Virus record (IMG/VR): IMGVR_UViG_3300034012_003212
Coordinates: 186,001 to 250,000 of that record
Length of the DNA stretch: 64,000 nucleotides
Reading direction: 5' to 3' (one strand)
The position numbers and the translations under genes were made by a program. Every line of letters starts with the position of its first letter. Within the stretch, counting starts at the first letter, position 1. Below, piece after piece: positions 8,745-16,941 of the stretch. Under the pieces are notes generated by a model, which saw only the letters and a program-made list of their open reading frames with translations, ran no database searches and was not told the DNA's origin.

Positions 8745-9293
8745 TCAGTGGCTGTACTTGTAGATGTATTCAACGCCTTCGTCCCAGCCTTGCACCTGAG
8801 TCAGGGCCTCTAGCTGCTTTACTGTATTTTCGGTTTTTTCCATGTACACTGAATCATACTCAACACTTCCGTAGAATTTTCCATTTCCGGCCATTGTCGG
8901 CAGAAGATTATGTCCCGATGATGGATCACGCAGAACGGACTTGCACAGCTTCAACAGTTTTACGATGTCGCATGGCTGGACCATGCATTCCTGCTTGGAA
9001 GAAACATCCTCCGATGAATTCATGATGAACCATCGGTGTATGTGGTTGGCCTTTGTCCATTTGGCATGTGTGTGCAACACGACTGCTGTGTCGAAGCTCA
9101 AATCATTCTTCGAAAGAGAGCATGACACTTTTTTCAACAACTGGTCAGGAAGAAGAACCGAAGCGGAAAGGTCCATGCGGTCCACTGTGACATGTGATAC
9201 TGCTTTGAAATCGAACCCCAGGCTCTTTGCGAAGAACTTCCTAAGCATGTCCTGCGCGTTCATTCTTGAGTGGAGCATCATTGACAGTGCCAT
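8745..9293 (-). CDS. conserved phage hypothetical protein (WxKANxIH family)
   Basis: WTKANHIHRWF...LLPT...FYGSVEYD motif pattern. Confidence 0.7.
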   Translation of the reverse strand: MALSMMLHSRMNAQDMLRKFFAKSLGFDFKAVSHVTVDRMDLSASVLLPDQLLKKVSCSLSKNDLSFDTAVVLHTHAKWTKANHIHRWFIMNSSEDVSSKQECMVQPCDIVKLLKLCKSVLRDPSSGHNLLPTMAGNGKFYGSVEYDSVYMEKTENTVKQLEALTQVQGWDEGVEYIYKYSH

Positions 9294-9329
9294 ACCGGTT
9301 CCTCTTTATCGATGTTGTGGGAAATATTC

Positions 9330-9368
9330 AAAAAAACCCTGGGGGCTCCTGTGGCCCCGCCCCCAGGG
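9330..9368 (-). terminator. rho-independent terminator
   Basis: CCCTGGGGG / CCCCCAGGG stem followed by T-tract on minus strand. Confidence 0.75.
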
Positions 9369-9394
9369 GAGGGTGGTGAACGGAAGAACTTCGG

Positions 9395-9784
9395 TTACTC
9401 TTCTGGGTTTTCGCCTTCTTTTGCTTCATTTATCGCCTTCGAGACCATGTTTTCCACGATCTTCAGCTGGACCAGGTTGTGTATGATCGACACCACGTGC
9501 GCAACGAGGACGACGTCGAGTTTATTCTTGCTCATGCAGTAATCGATGATGATGTTGGAATCATCGTTCGACATTCCAACTGCATGGTTTGTGCGAAGAA
9601 ATGAATCGAATTTTTTGAAACACTCCCTGAGATCATCCTCGCTCTTGTGGTAGAGCGAATCGATGAGTTCTGTTGCCTTTCTCTCTCCTAGCGAGTGCAT
9701 GTTGTCACAAAGCACCTTGTCGAATTCTGAGTCATTGAGCTCAGAGATAGAAGAAGAGAACACTCTGCTGATCTTGGTTTTCAT
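9395..9784 (-). CDS. hypothetical phage protein
   Basis: 129-aa ORF, GGAGG SD. Confidence 0.65.
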   Translation of the reverse strand: MKTKISRVFSSSISELNDSEFDKVLCDNMHSLGERKATELIDSLYHKSEDDLRECFKKFDSFLRTNHAVGMSNDDSNIIIDYCMSKNKLDVVLVAHVVSIIHNLVQLKIVENMVSKAINEAKEGENPEE

Positions 9785-9824
9785 ACATCCTCCATGTATG
9801 TTAGTGAAACAACTAAAACAACAT

Positions 9825-10187
9825 CTACTGCTTTACCTGAATCTTTGGAAGTTCGACGACTTTTCCGATGAGGCTAGACTCATCAACCAGCTCGATTGTC
9901 TCTCCTATGAGACCGTTTGCGAGAGAGTAGGTTTTTCCATTTGCGTGTATCCATTCGATAGAATCTATGGATATGGATCTGATTGCCTTCTTGACGTGAT
10001 CCCGCACGATGAGGAGGTTCTTCTCCTCTGGCGAGTATGCGAGTTCACCACCTTTGGTGAGATTCTGATAGTTGACCGAGCAGTTCATGATGCGGCGCTC
10101 TCCGGTGGTGCGTTTGATGAAACTCACGGTGAATATCCGGGTTCCGACCATGTCTCGCATCTGTCGCATGAGTGATTTCGGTTCCAT
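9825..10187 (-). CDS. SH3/WYL-like phage protein
   Basis: IFTVSFIKRTTGERRIMNC...VRD...IRSI pattern. Confidence 0.55.
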   Translation of the reverse strand: MEPKSLMRQMRDMVGTRIFTVSFIKRTTGERRIMNCSVNYQNLTKGGELAYSPEEKNLLIVRDHVKKAIRSISIDSIEWIHANGKTYSLANGLIGETIELVDESSLIGKVVELPKIQVKQ

Positions 10188-10228
10188 GGCTTTGCTCCTT
10201 GTGTGCTAGTGTAACAACTAATCTTGGG

Positions 10229-10285
10229 TCAAAAATAACTTTTTTTGAATTACCGAAAAAATACTTTTCAATTAAAGGTTGTTAA
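10229..10285 (-). promoter_or_regulatory. 57-bp conserved early-promoter-like module, copy 3
   Basis: Gap-free alignment to other copies. Confidence 0.7.
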
Positions 10286-10494
10286 TCTTCGGCTTCCACG
10301 AAATCGACGTACTTTGAGAGCGTGTCGATGAAAACCCCGCGGGGCATTGTGCCATCGACTTTGGAGAACAGTTCACTCGCTTTATCATCCATTCCGGCCT
10401 TGCGGAGCTCGTTCATGGATCTCAGGAAGAGTGTTGTGATGGATCCTGACACTCTGCCATTTTTTCCGATTGCAGGGACTTTGGGCTTTTCCAT
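10282..10494 (-). CDS. hypothetical phage protein
   Basis: 70-aa ORF, AAGGA SD; its TAA lies in the end of the 57-bp module. Confidence 0.65.
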   Translation of the reverse strand: MEKPKVPAIGKNGRVSGSITTLFLRSMNELRKAGMDDKASELFSKVDGTMPRGVFIDTLSKYVDFVEAED

Positions 10495-10524
10495 ATAGAT
10501 GGTCCTTTCGTTTGTTGGTGGTGG

Positions 10525-10908
10525 TTATGAAATTGTGACGTGCATTACGAGCTTCGGGGGAAAAACTGGCTCTCTCATGGATAAATCTGTCTTGAATCCA
10601 GGACTGCAGGGGCAGGAGCAGCCGAGCCGTTGTCTCCATCTGAAGTTCTCAATTCTCATTCCAAATTCTTCTATGAGCCGGTTGATCTCCGGTAGTATCT
10701 CCTTTTTGTAGTAGCTGTAGGGTCTTGACCTGCGGTTCTGGAGGTTTTCCAAGAGCGTCTCGCCTTCTGGCCATATGTATACAAAGCATTCTCCTGGGCG
10801 TGGATCGTGCGATGACCCCATTTGCCTGGATTCATTGATAGAAATCTCGATGCTCACGTCGCGTCCGCTTCTATCGACCATCTTGCTGCTGATGCTCTCG
10901 AACTTCAT
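10525..10908 (-). CDS. conserved phage hypothetical protein (GCSCPCSPGF motif)
   Basis: WRQRLGCSCPCSPGF, GGAGG SD. Confidence 0.7.
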   Translation of the reverse strand: MKFESISSKMVDRSGRDVSIEISINESRQMGSSHDPRPGECFVYIWPEGETLLENLQNRRSRPYSYYKKEILPEINRLIEEFGMRIENFRWRQRLGCSCPCSPGFKTDLSMREPVFPPKLVMHVTIS

Positions 10909-10945
10909 AAATCCTCCGTAGATTGGTGTGTTACTTAATCTCAGT

Positions 10946-11002
10946 TCAAAAATAATATTTTTTGTGACGCTGAAAAAATAATTTTCGGTTAAACGTTGTT
11001 AA
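10946..11002 (-). promoter_or_regulatory. 57-bp conserved early-promoter-like module, copy 4
   Basis: Gap-free alignment to other copies. Confidence 0.7.
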
Positions 11003-11098
11003 TCCAAATGTCCCTTTTTTTAAAGACTGCACACCCCAACTTACTATAAATCTAAGAATGTTATGGTTAACGTGGAAATACTTTTGGGTTAAAAGAAA

Positions 11099-11395
11099 TT
11101 AACCTCGAAGGATGGTGATGCGTCCCTTTGATGCGGTGATTGTGGCAGCTGATTCGTCTATCGGCCCGACTGTGGATTCATGGAGCCTGATTGATCCATC
11201 GAGCTCCACTGTGTATGTTGCTATGATCTTCTGTTTCGCCGGAGGATTCTGGGTCATCACGAGTTCATCGAACCCGTTCTTCCCGTATGTGACATAGACC
11301 GTGTCACGGGGGAAAATTCCACAAGCGCGCAGGACTATAGACCAGATGCGAACCCTCCTCCTGCTACATTTTGATATGCCAGTCGTGTTTACCAT
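11099..11395 (-). CDS. hypothetical protein, possible AbrB/MraZ-like fold
   Basis: RVRIWSIVLRACGIFPRDTVYV and TVELDGSIRL segments; overlaps the stop of the last minus-strand LRR gene. Confidence 0.45.
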   Translation of the reverse strand: MVNTTGISKCSRRRVRIWSIVLRACGIFPRDTVYVTYGKNGFDELVMTQNPPAKQKIIATYTVELDGSIRLHESTVGPIDESAATITASKGRITILRG

Positions 11396-11784
11396 TCAGT
11401 GTACTTCAACTTGTGCTTCAGGTGCTTAGGAATCACACCGGGCACATGCACACGGCCATAGAACCCTGTGTCCGAATCATAAGAGATCTCTTCTCCCGTA
11501 TGAAGGTCATCAGGCAGCTTCTTGATCCCTGAGCATCTACTAAGATGCACACCTCCTCTAACTATGAGTCCATCAGGCAGCTTCGTGAGGCCCTTGCAAT
11601 CCCATAGACTCAAATACCCATTCACCTTGAGTCCATCAGGCAGCTTCGTGATCCCTGTGCAATAATAGAGACGCAGATCGCCATTCACCTTGACAACCTC
11701 AAGTGTTCCAAATGAATCCAAAGCCTCCTGGGAACACCTTCGAAGTTCCACCCTCGTTTCTTCTTCTACATTTATTTCTATCAT
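11389..11784 (-). CDS. capped LRR protein, 3 repeats
   Basis: CSQEALDS N-cap, 21-aa LxLxxCxGLxxLPxxLxVxG repeats, TGF..PGVIP C-cap. Confidence 0.9.
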   Translation of the reverse strand: MIEINVEEETRVELRRCSQEALDSFGTLEVVKVNGDLRLYYCTGITKLPDGLKVNGYLSLWDCKGLTKLPDGLIVRGGVHLSRCSGIKKLPDDLHTGEEISYDSDTGFYGRVHVPGVIPKHLKHKLKYTEW

Positions 11785-11809
11785 ATTCAGTTTCTATTTT
11801 GGAATCCCT

Positions 11810-12325
11810 TTACACCATCCTCAACTTGTGCTTCAGCCTCTCGGGGATCACACCGGGCTCGTCCTCATGGCCAGAGAACCCTGTCTCTGAATTATAATAT
11901 ATTCTTCCTTCCACCTGAAGATCTTCAGGCAGCTTCGTGATCCCTGAGCAACCATAGAGACTCATCCCGCCATTCACCTTGAGATCAACAGGCAGCTCCG
12001 TGAGTCCTGTGCAATAATCGAGATTCAATTCCCTATTCACCATGAGGCCATCAGGCAGCTTCGTGATCCCTGTGCAATAATTGAGAAACAAATACATATT
12101 CACCATCAGGCCCTCAGGCAGACTCGCGAGTCCTGTGCAATTTCTGAGACTCAAATACCCATTCACCTTGAGATCATCAGGAAGCTTCTTGAGTCCTGCA
12201 CAATAATAGAGACTCAGATCCCCATTCACCTTAAGGGCCCTGAGGGACCCAAATGAATCTAAAGCTTCCTGGGAACACTTCCTGAGGTGTACCCTCGTTT
12301 CTAGTTTTACTTCTATTTCTATCAT
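11810..12325 (-). CDS. capped LRR protein, 5 repeats
   Basis: Same caps and 21-aa repeats. Confidence 0.9.
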   Translation of the reverse strand: MIEIEVKLETRVHLRKCSQEALDSFGSLRALKVNGDLSLYYCAGLKKLPDDLKVNGYLSLRNCTGLASLPEGLMVNMYLFLNYCTGITKLPDGLMVNRELNLDYCTGLTELPVDLKVNGGMSLYGCSGITKLPEDLQVEGRIYYNSETGFSGHEDEPGVIPERLKHKLRMV

Positions 12326-12345
12326 ATTCAGTTTTTATTTTGGAA

Positions 12346-12801
12346 TCAATCCCATTTCTTCAATTTGTGCTTCAGGCCCTCAGGGATCACTCCAGGTTCA
12401 TCCTCGTGGCCAGAGAACCCTGTGTCCGAATCATACAAGATGTTTTCTTCCACATGAATGCCCTCAGGCAGCTTCGTGATCCCTGTGCAACCATAAAGAA
12501 TCATACCCCCTTGCACATGGAGTCCATCGGGCAGCTTCGTGATCCCTGTGCAACCATAGAGATCCAGATGGATTCTAACCTTAAGATCTTTGGGCAGCTT
12601 CGTGAGCCCCACGCACCAACGTAGATTCAATTGCCCATTCACCTTGAGTCCATCGGGCAGCCTTGTGAGCCCTGAACAATTCCTAAAAATCAAATACCGA
12701 TCCACCTTGACGGCCTCAAGGGACCCAAATGAATCCAAAGCCTCTTGGGAACAATACTCAAGGTCCACCTTCGTTTCTAGTTTTACTTCTATTTCTATCA
12801 T
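12346..12801 (-). CDS. capped LRR protein, 4 repeats
   Basis: Same architecture; close paralog of 19152..19607. Confidence 0.9.
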   Translation of the reverse strand: MIEIEVKLETKVDLEYCSQEALDSFGSLEAVKVDRYLIFRNCSGLTRLPDGLKVNGQLNLRWCVGLTKLPKDLKVRIHLDLYGCTGITKLPDGLHVQGGMILYGCTGITKLPEGIHVEENILYDSDTGFSGHEDEPGVIPEGLKHKLKKWD

Positions 12802-12826
12802 ATTCAGTTTCTATTTTGGAATCCCT

Positions 12827-13222
12827 TTACACCATCCTCAATTTGTGCTTCAGCCTCTCGGGGATCACACCAGGTTCATCCTCGTGGCCGTAGAACCCTG
12901 TTTCTGAACCATAAAAGATCTTTTCTCCCATATGAAGGTCATCAGGCAGCTTCGTGAGTCCTGTACAGCCATTAAGATGCAGATACCCTCCCACAATGAG
13001 ACCATTAGGAAGTCTTGCGATCCCTGTGCAGTCAATAAGATTCAAATACCCATCCACCCTGAGACCCTCAGGAAGCCTCGTGAGTCCTGTGCACATAAAG
13101 AGATCCAAATCCCCATTCACCCTGACGGACTCAAGGGACCCAAATGAATCCAAAGCCTCCTGGGAACAATACTCAAGGCGCACCCTCGTTTCTACTTGTA
13201 TCTTTATCTTCTTCTTTCTCAT
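12827..13222 (-). CDS. capped LRR protein, 3 repeats
   Basis: Same architecture, MRKKKIK start variant. Confidence 0.9.
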   Translation of the reverse strand: MRKKKIKIQVETRVRLEYCSQEALDSFGSLESVRVNGDLDLFMCTGLTRLPEGLRVDGYLNLIDCTGIARLPNGLIVGGYLHLNGCTGLTKLPDDLHMGEKIFYGSETGFYGHEDEPGVIPERLKHKLRMV

Positions 13223-13248
13223 GTCTTGTTTCTATTTTGGAATCACAA

Positions 13249-13650
13249 CTACCACATCTTCAACTTGTCCCGTAGGTGGTCAGGGATCACACCAGGCTCA
13301 TCCTTATGTTTAAAGAACCCTGTGTGTGAGTTATACCATATCTTTGCACCTACAGTGAGACCCTCAGGCAGCTTCTTGATCCCTTTGCAATATGAGAGAT
13401 TCAGAATTTCTCCTACTATGAGATCTCTAGGAATCTCTGTCGTTGTATCACGTAGAATCAGACCCTCTTTCACCCTGAGATCTCTAGGAAGCTCTTTGAG
13501 CCCTACACAACCAGCGAGATTCAGGTACCCATTCACCCTGAGACCCTCTATCCTTCTTAAGGAGTTCAAGGCCTGCCTAGAACACTCCATTAGAGACACA
13601 ATAGTAAGCTCAGGTACTTGTATTTTTCCATTTATTTCTGTCATGCTCAT
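13249..13650 (-). CDS. capped LRR protein, 3 repeats (diverged)
   Basis: Same architecture, more diverged framework. Confidence 0.88.
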   Translation of the reverse strand: MSMTEINGKIQVPELTIVSLMECSRQALNSLRRIEGLRVNGYLNLAGCVGLKELPRDLRVKEGLILRDTTTEIPRDLIVGEILNLSYCKGIKKLPEGLTVGAKIWYNSHTGFFKHKDEPGVIPDHLRDKLKMW

Positions 13651-13671
13651 GTTTTATTTATTTTTTATTTA

Positions 13672-14244
13672 TTAATGCCATCTCTTCAACCTTTCCTTCA
13701 GATGGTTAGGGATCACTCCCCGCTTGTCCTTACTTTTAGAGAACCCTGTGACTGAGTTATACCAGATCTTTCCTACCACCTGGAGATCTTCAGGCAGCTT
13801 AGTGATCCCTTCACAACCGCGTAGATCCAGATCCTTTCTAACTATGAGGTCATCAGGAAGCTCCGTGAGCCCTGTGCAATTGCATAGATCCAGATCCTTT
13901 CTAACTATGAGGTCATTAGGAAGCTCCGTGAGCCCTTCACAATTACTGAGTGTTAGGCTCCCTCCTACAACAAGACCCTCAGGCAACTCTGTGAGCCCTG
14001 TGCAATCTTCTAGATCCAGTCTCTCTCCTACAACAAGACCCTCAGGCAGCTCTGTGAGCCCTGCACAGTCTTGGAAAAACAGACTCCCACTCACCTTTAG
14101 ATCATCAGGCAGCCCTGTGCAGCTGACGAGACCTATATTCCCTTTCACCCTTAGAGTTCCGATCTTCCTTAAGGAGTCAATAGCCTCACGAGAACAACTT
14201 CCGGCATTCACTTTCGTGTAATCTTCTACATTTATTGTTACCAT
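13672..14244 (-). CDS. capped LRR protein, 6 repeats
   Basis: Same architecture with internal repeat duplications. Confidence 0.9.
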   Translation of the reverse strand: MVTINVEDYTKVNAGSCSREAIDSLRKIGTLRVKGNIGLVSCTGLPDDLKVSGSLFFQDCAGLTELPEGLVVGERLDLEDCTGLTELPEGLVVGGSLTLSNCEGLTELPNDLIVRKDLDLCNCTGLTELPDDLIVRKDLDLRGCEGITKLPEDLQVVGKIWYNSVTGFSKSKDKRGVIPNHLKERLKRWH

Positions 14245-14269
14245 ATTCAGTTTCTATTTTGGAATCCCT

Positions 14270-14659
14270 TTAATATTTCCTCAACTTGCACTTCAGGTGC
14301 TTAGGAATCACACCGGGCACATGCACACGGATATAGAACCCTGTGTCTGAATTATAATATATAACTCCTATCAGATGAAGATCTTTAGGCAGCTTCGTGA
14401 TCCCTGTGCAATTTCTGAGGTTCAGAAGCCCTCCCACGGTGAGGCCATCAGGCAGCTTCTTGAGTCCTGCACAATAATAGAGACTCAGGTTCCCTCCCAC
14501 AGTAAGGCCATCAGGCAGCTTCGTGAGGCCTGTGCAACCCACCAAATACAAACCCCCATTCACCTTAGGGGACTCAAGGGACCCAAATGAATCCAAAGCC
14601 TCTTTGGAACACTCTCTAAGGACCACTAACGTTTCTTTTCTTACCTTTATTTCTATCAT
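14270..14659 (-). CDS. capped LRR protein, 3 repeats (mosaic)
   Basis: Each repeat matches a different plus-array gene. Confidence 0.9.
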   Translation of the reverse strand: MIEIKVRKETLVVLRECSKEALDSFGSLESPKVNGGLYLVGCTGLTKLPDGLTVGGNLSLYYCAGLKKLPDGLTVGGLLNLRNCTGITKLPKDLHLIGVIYYNSDTGFYIRVHVPGVIPKHLKCKLRKY

Positions 14660-14681
14660 ATTCAGTTTCTATTTTGGAATC

Positions 14682-15140
14682 TTATTTATATTTCTTCAAC
14701 TTGTGTTTCAGTCTGTCAGGGATCACACCGGGCACATGCTCATGGCCATAGAACCCTGTCAATCCATTATAGTAAATTGTTTCACCCACATGAAGGTCAT
14801 CAGGCAGCTTAGTGATCCCTGAGCAACCATAGAGAAACAAATACCCCACCATGAGGTCATCAGGCAGCTCCGTGAGCCCTGTGCAGCCTACTAGATTCAA
14901 ATACCCATTCACCATGAGATACACGGGCAATTTTTTGAGCCCCTTGCGGCCACTAATATCCAAATCCCCATTCACCCTGAGGCCCCCAGACAGCTTCGTG
15001 AGCCCCTTGCAATCATAGAGACTCAAATGCCCATTCACCTTGAGGGCGTCAATCCTTCCTAAGGAGTCAATAGCCTCCTGAGAACAGCCCCTAAGGTTCA
15101 CTGTTGTTTCTTCTTCTACATTTATTTCTATCATATTCAC
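14682..15140 (-). CDS. capped LRR protein, 4 repeats
   Basis: Same architecture. Confidence 0.9.
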   Translation of the reverse strand: MNMIEINVEEETTVNLRGCSQEAIDSLGRIDALKVNGHLSLYDCKGLTKLSGGLRVNGDLDISGRKGLKKLPVYLMVNGYLNLVGCTGLTELPDDLMVGYLFLYGCSGITKLPDDLHVGETIYYNGLTGFYGHEHVPGVIPDRLKHKLKKYK

Positions 15141-15159
15141 TTTATATTTTGGAATCCCT

Positions 15160-15744
15160 TTACACCATCCTCAACTTGTGCTTCAGCCTCTCGGGGATCA
15201 CACCAGGTTCATGCTCATGGTCATAGAACCCCGTGTATGAATTATACCAGATGACTCCATCTACATTAAGATCATCAGGCAGCTTAGTGATCCCCTTGCA
15301 ATCATAGAGATCCAAATCCCCATTCACCTTGAGTCCATCAGGCAGCTTAGTGATCCCCTTGCAATCATAGAGACTCAAATACCCATTCACCTTGAGACCG
15401 TCAGGCAGCCCTGTGAGCCTTATGCAATGATTGAGAGCCAAATCCCCATTCACCATAAGATCATCAGGCAGCTTCGTGATCCCTGTGCAACCATAGAGAT
15501 CCAGATGCCTTCCAACCTTAAGATCTTTGGGCAGCTTCGTGAGCCCTGTGCAACCACGAAGACTCAAATACCCAGCCACCATGAGATCATCAGGCAGCTT
15601 CTTTATCCCTGTGTGTTTCCATAGACCCAGATCCCCATTCACCTTGACAACCTCAAGGGACCCAAATGAATCCAAAGCCTCTTGGGAACACCTTCCAAGG
15701 TTCACTATTGTTTTTTCTTGTATCTTTATCTTCTTCTTTCTCAT
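15160..15744 (-). CDS. capped LRR protein, 6 repeats
   Basis: Same architecture; first LRR gene of minus array. Confidence 0.9.
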   Translation of the reverse strand: MRKKKIKIQEKTIVNLGRCSQEALDSFGSLEVVKVNGDLGLWKHTGIKKLPDDLMVAGYLSLRGCTGLTKLPKDLKVGRHLDLYGCTGITKLPDDLMVNGDLALNHCIRLTGLPDGLKVNGYLSLYDCKGITKLPDGLKVNGDLDLYDCKGITKLPDDLNVDGVIWYNSYTGFYDHEHEPGVIPERLKHKLRMV

Positions 15745-15780
15745 GTCTAGTTTCTATTTTGGAATCCAACGAACCCTAAT

Positions 15781-15945
15781 CTACACAAAATACCAGTGTG
15801 ATCGTGCAGCTTCTTCGTATTCTTCTTCGTCCTCTTCATCCTCGTCTTCGTAGTCCTCTTCGTACTCATCAGAATCATCAGGAGGAAAGAACCACGGGGC
15901 GGTGGGCCTTACGAACACTGCGAACTTTGTCTCGGGGTCTTTCAT
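15781..15945 (-). CDS. 54-aa highly acidic peptide heading the minus LRR operon
   Basis: MKDPETKF...DDSDEYEEDYEDEDEEDEEEYEE...HWYFV; GATATATA box 5 nt before ATG. Confidence 0.7.
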   Translation of the reverse strand: MKDPETKFAVFVRPTAPWFFPPDDSDEYEEDYEDEDEEDEEEYEEAARSHWYFV

Positions 15946-15950
15946 GGTTT

Positions 15951-15958
15951 TATATATC
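15951..15958 (-). promoter_or_regulatory. putative late promoter GATATATA (minus LRR array)
   Basis: GATATATA-AAACC-ATG, same 5-nt spacing as at 45298 and 57921. Confidence 0.6.
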
Positions 15959-16055
15959 ACGCGGGGCGTGGTGTTACATTGTGCTACAGGGAGGCTGGGG
16001 TGGAAGAGAGGGCCCCAGGGGGAACGCGCGCCAGGATTGACCAGGTGACTCGAAA

Positions 16056-16080
16056 GGGAAAATGGGTGGGGTAACATGGG
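16056..16080 (+). other. canonical G-quadruplex motif
   Basis: GGG-AAAAT-GGG-T-GGGG-TAACAT-GGG fits G3N1-7 x4. Confidence 0.6.
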
Positions 16081-16198
16081 TATGATGAGTTTCATTAGAC
16101 CTGGGTGGAACAGTAGTGTCAGAAAATGAACAGGGGTAAAGGGTCGGGGGTTTTTTAAAAAAACATTTATATTGTATCAACCTCATCCGCTTTCCGCT

Positions 16199-16347
16199 CT
16201 CCTGGGCAAAAAGTGCCCTGGTTGTGCCCATTCACATATCACCCTCATGGGCAAAACGTTCCGTGGCTGCGCCTTTTTGTATACCGTACCCTCCTGGGCA
16301 AAAAGTTCTATGGCCCGGGCGAGTCCACTTACTGTGCCCTCCTGGGC
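16199..16347 (+). repeat. four regularly spaced CTCCTGGGC(AAAAAGT) repeats
   Basis: Copies at 16199, 16244, 16291, 16339; copies 1 and 3 identical over 16 nt. Confidence 0.65.
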
Positions 16348-16877
16348 CCTCAGTCCTGGTCCTTGGTCCTTGGTCCTGATTGTCTTGAGGGCCTGTGCGA
16401 GTGTGTCCTGACAGAACAGAGGGGTGGAACTGATTCATCTACTCTGTTCTCAGGTTTCCTTGTCTTTTTTCTTCTTTCTCTCTGTGGGTGTGGGTGGATC
16501 TTCTGGATCCTGTGCCCCCTTTTGATCTTCTCTCTCTCTCTTTCTTTCCTTTCTTCCAGGCTGGGTTGGGTGTGAGTGTGAGTGTGAGAGGAGGGTCATT
16601 CCTTTTTCTGGTCCTTCTGGTTGTTGGTCGGTGGGCACACAGAGAGAGTGGGGGGTTCTGGCATCTTGGAGGGTTTTTTTTTGGAGGGGGAGGGGGAGGG
16701 GGGTGTGAGTAAAAATGTTATTTTTGTTATTTTTGTTAGTTGGAGTCTTCTTCCCGGGTCTGATCATCAGAGGGAAGATGTTGGGCCGTTGTGGTTATGA
16801 AGAGAAGCTGATCCGTCATCGGGCACAGGGGCGATGATTTTAATGGCAGAAGGTTCCATCAGGGGTGGTTTATTTTT

Positions 16878-16885
16878 GATATATA
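16878..16885 (+). promoter_or_regulatory. putative late promoter GATATATA (plus LRR array)
   Basis: GATATATACAGC 12-mer identical to that upstream of the portal gene. Confidence 0.6.
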
Positions 16886-16941
16886 CAGCCCACCGTGGAT
16901 TATGAATAGACGGCGCGCGCTAGGTGAAATAAAAACTGAAT

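Larger units (their letters stand above)
11389..15744 (-). repeat. tandem array of 9 capped-LRR genes (minus array)
   Basis: Nine paralogous units with shared N-cap, 63-bp internal repeats and C-cap; 8 of 9 have the upstream GATTCCAAAATAGAAAC-type motif. Confidence 0.95.
15960..16875. other. low-complexity G-rich, probably non-coding leader between divergent LRR arrays
   Basis: G-tracts on plus strand, (TGGTCCT)x3, (GTGTGA)x3, (CT)n, poly-T; only low-complexity ORFs. Confidence 0.7.

Noticed and set aside
15974-16767. ORFs in the leader (e.g. 16213..16575, 16450..16767)
   Set aside because: Low-complexity translations driven by microsatellites and G/T tracts, non-ATG starts, no family motifs.
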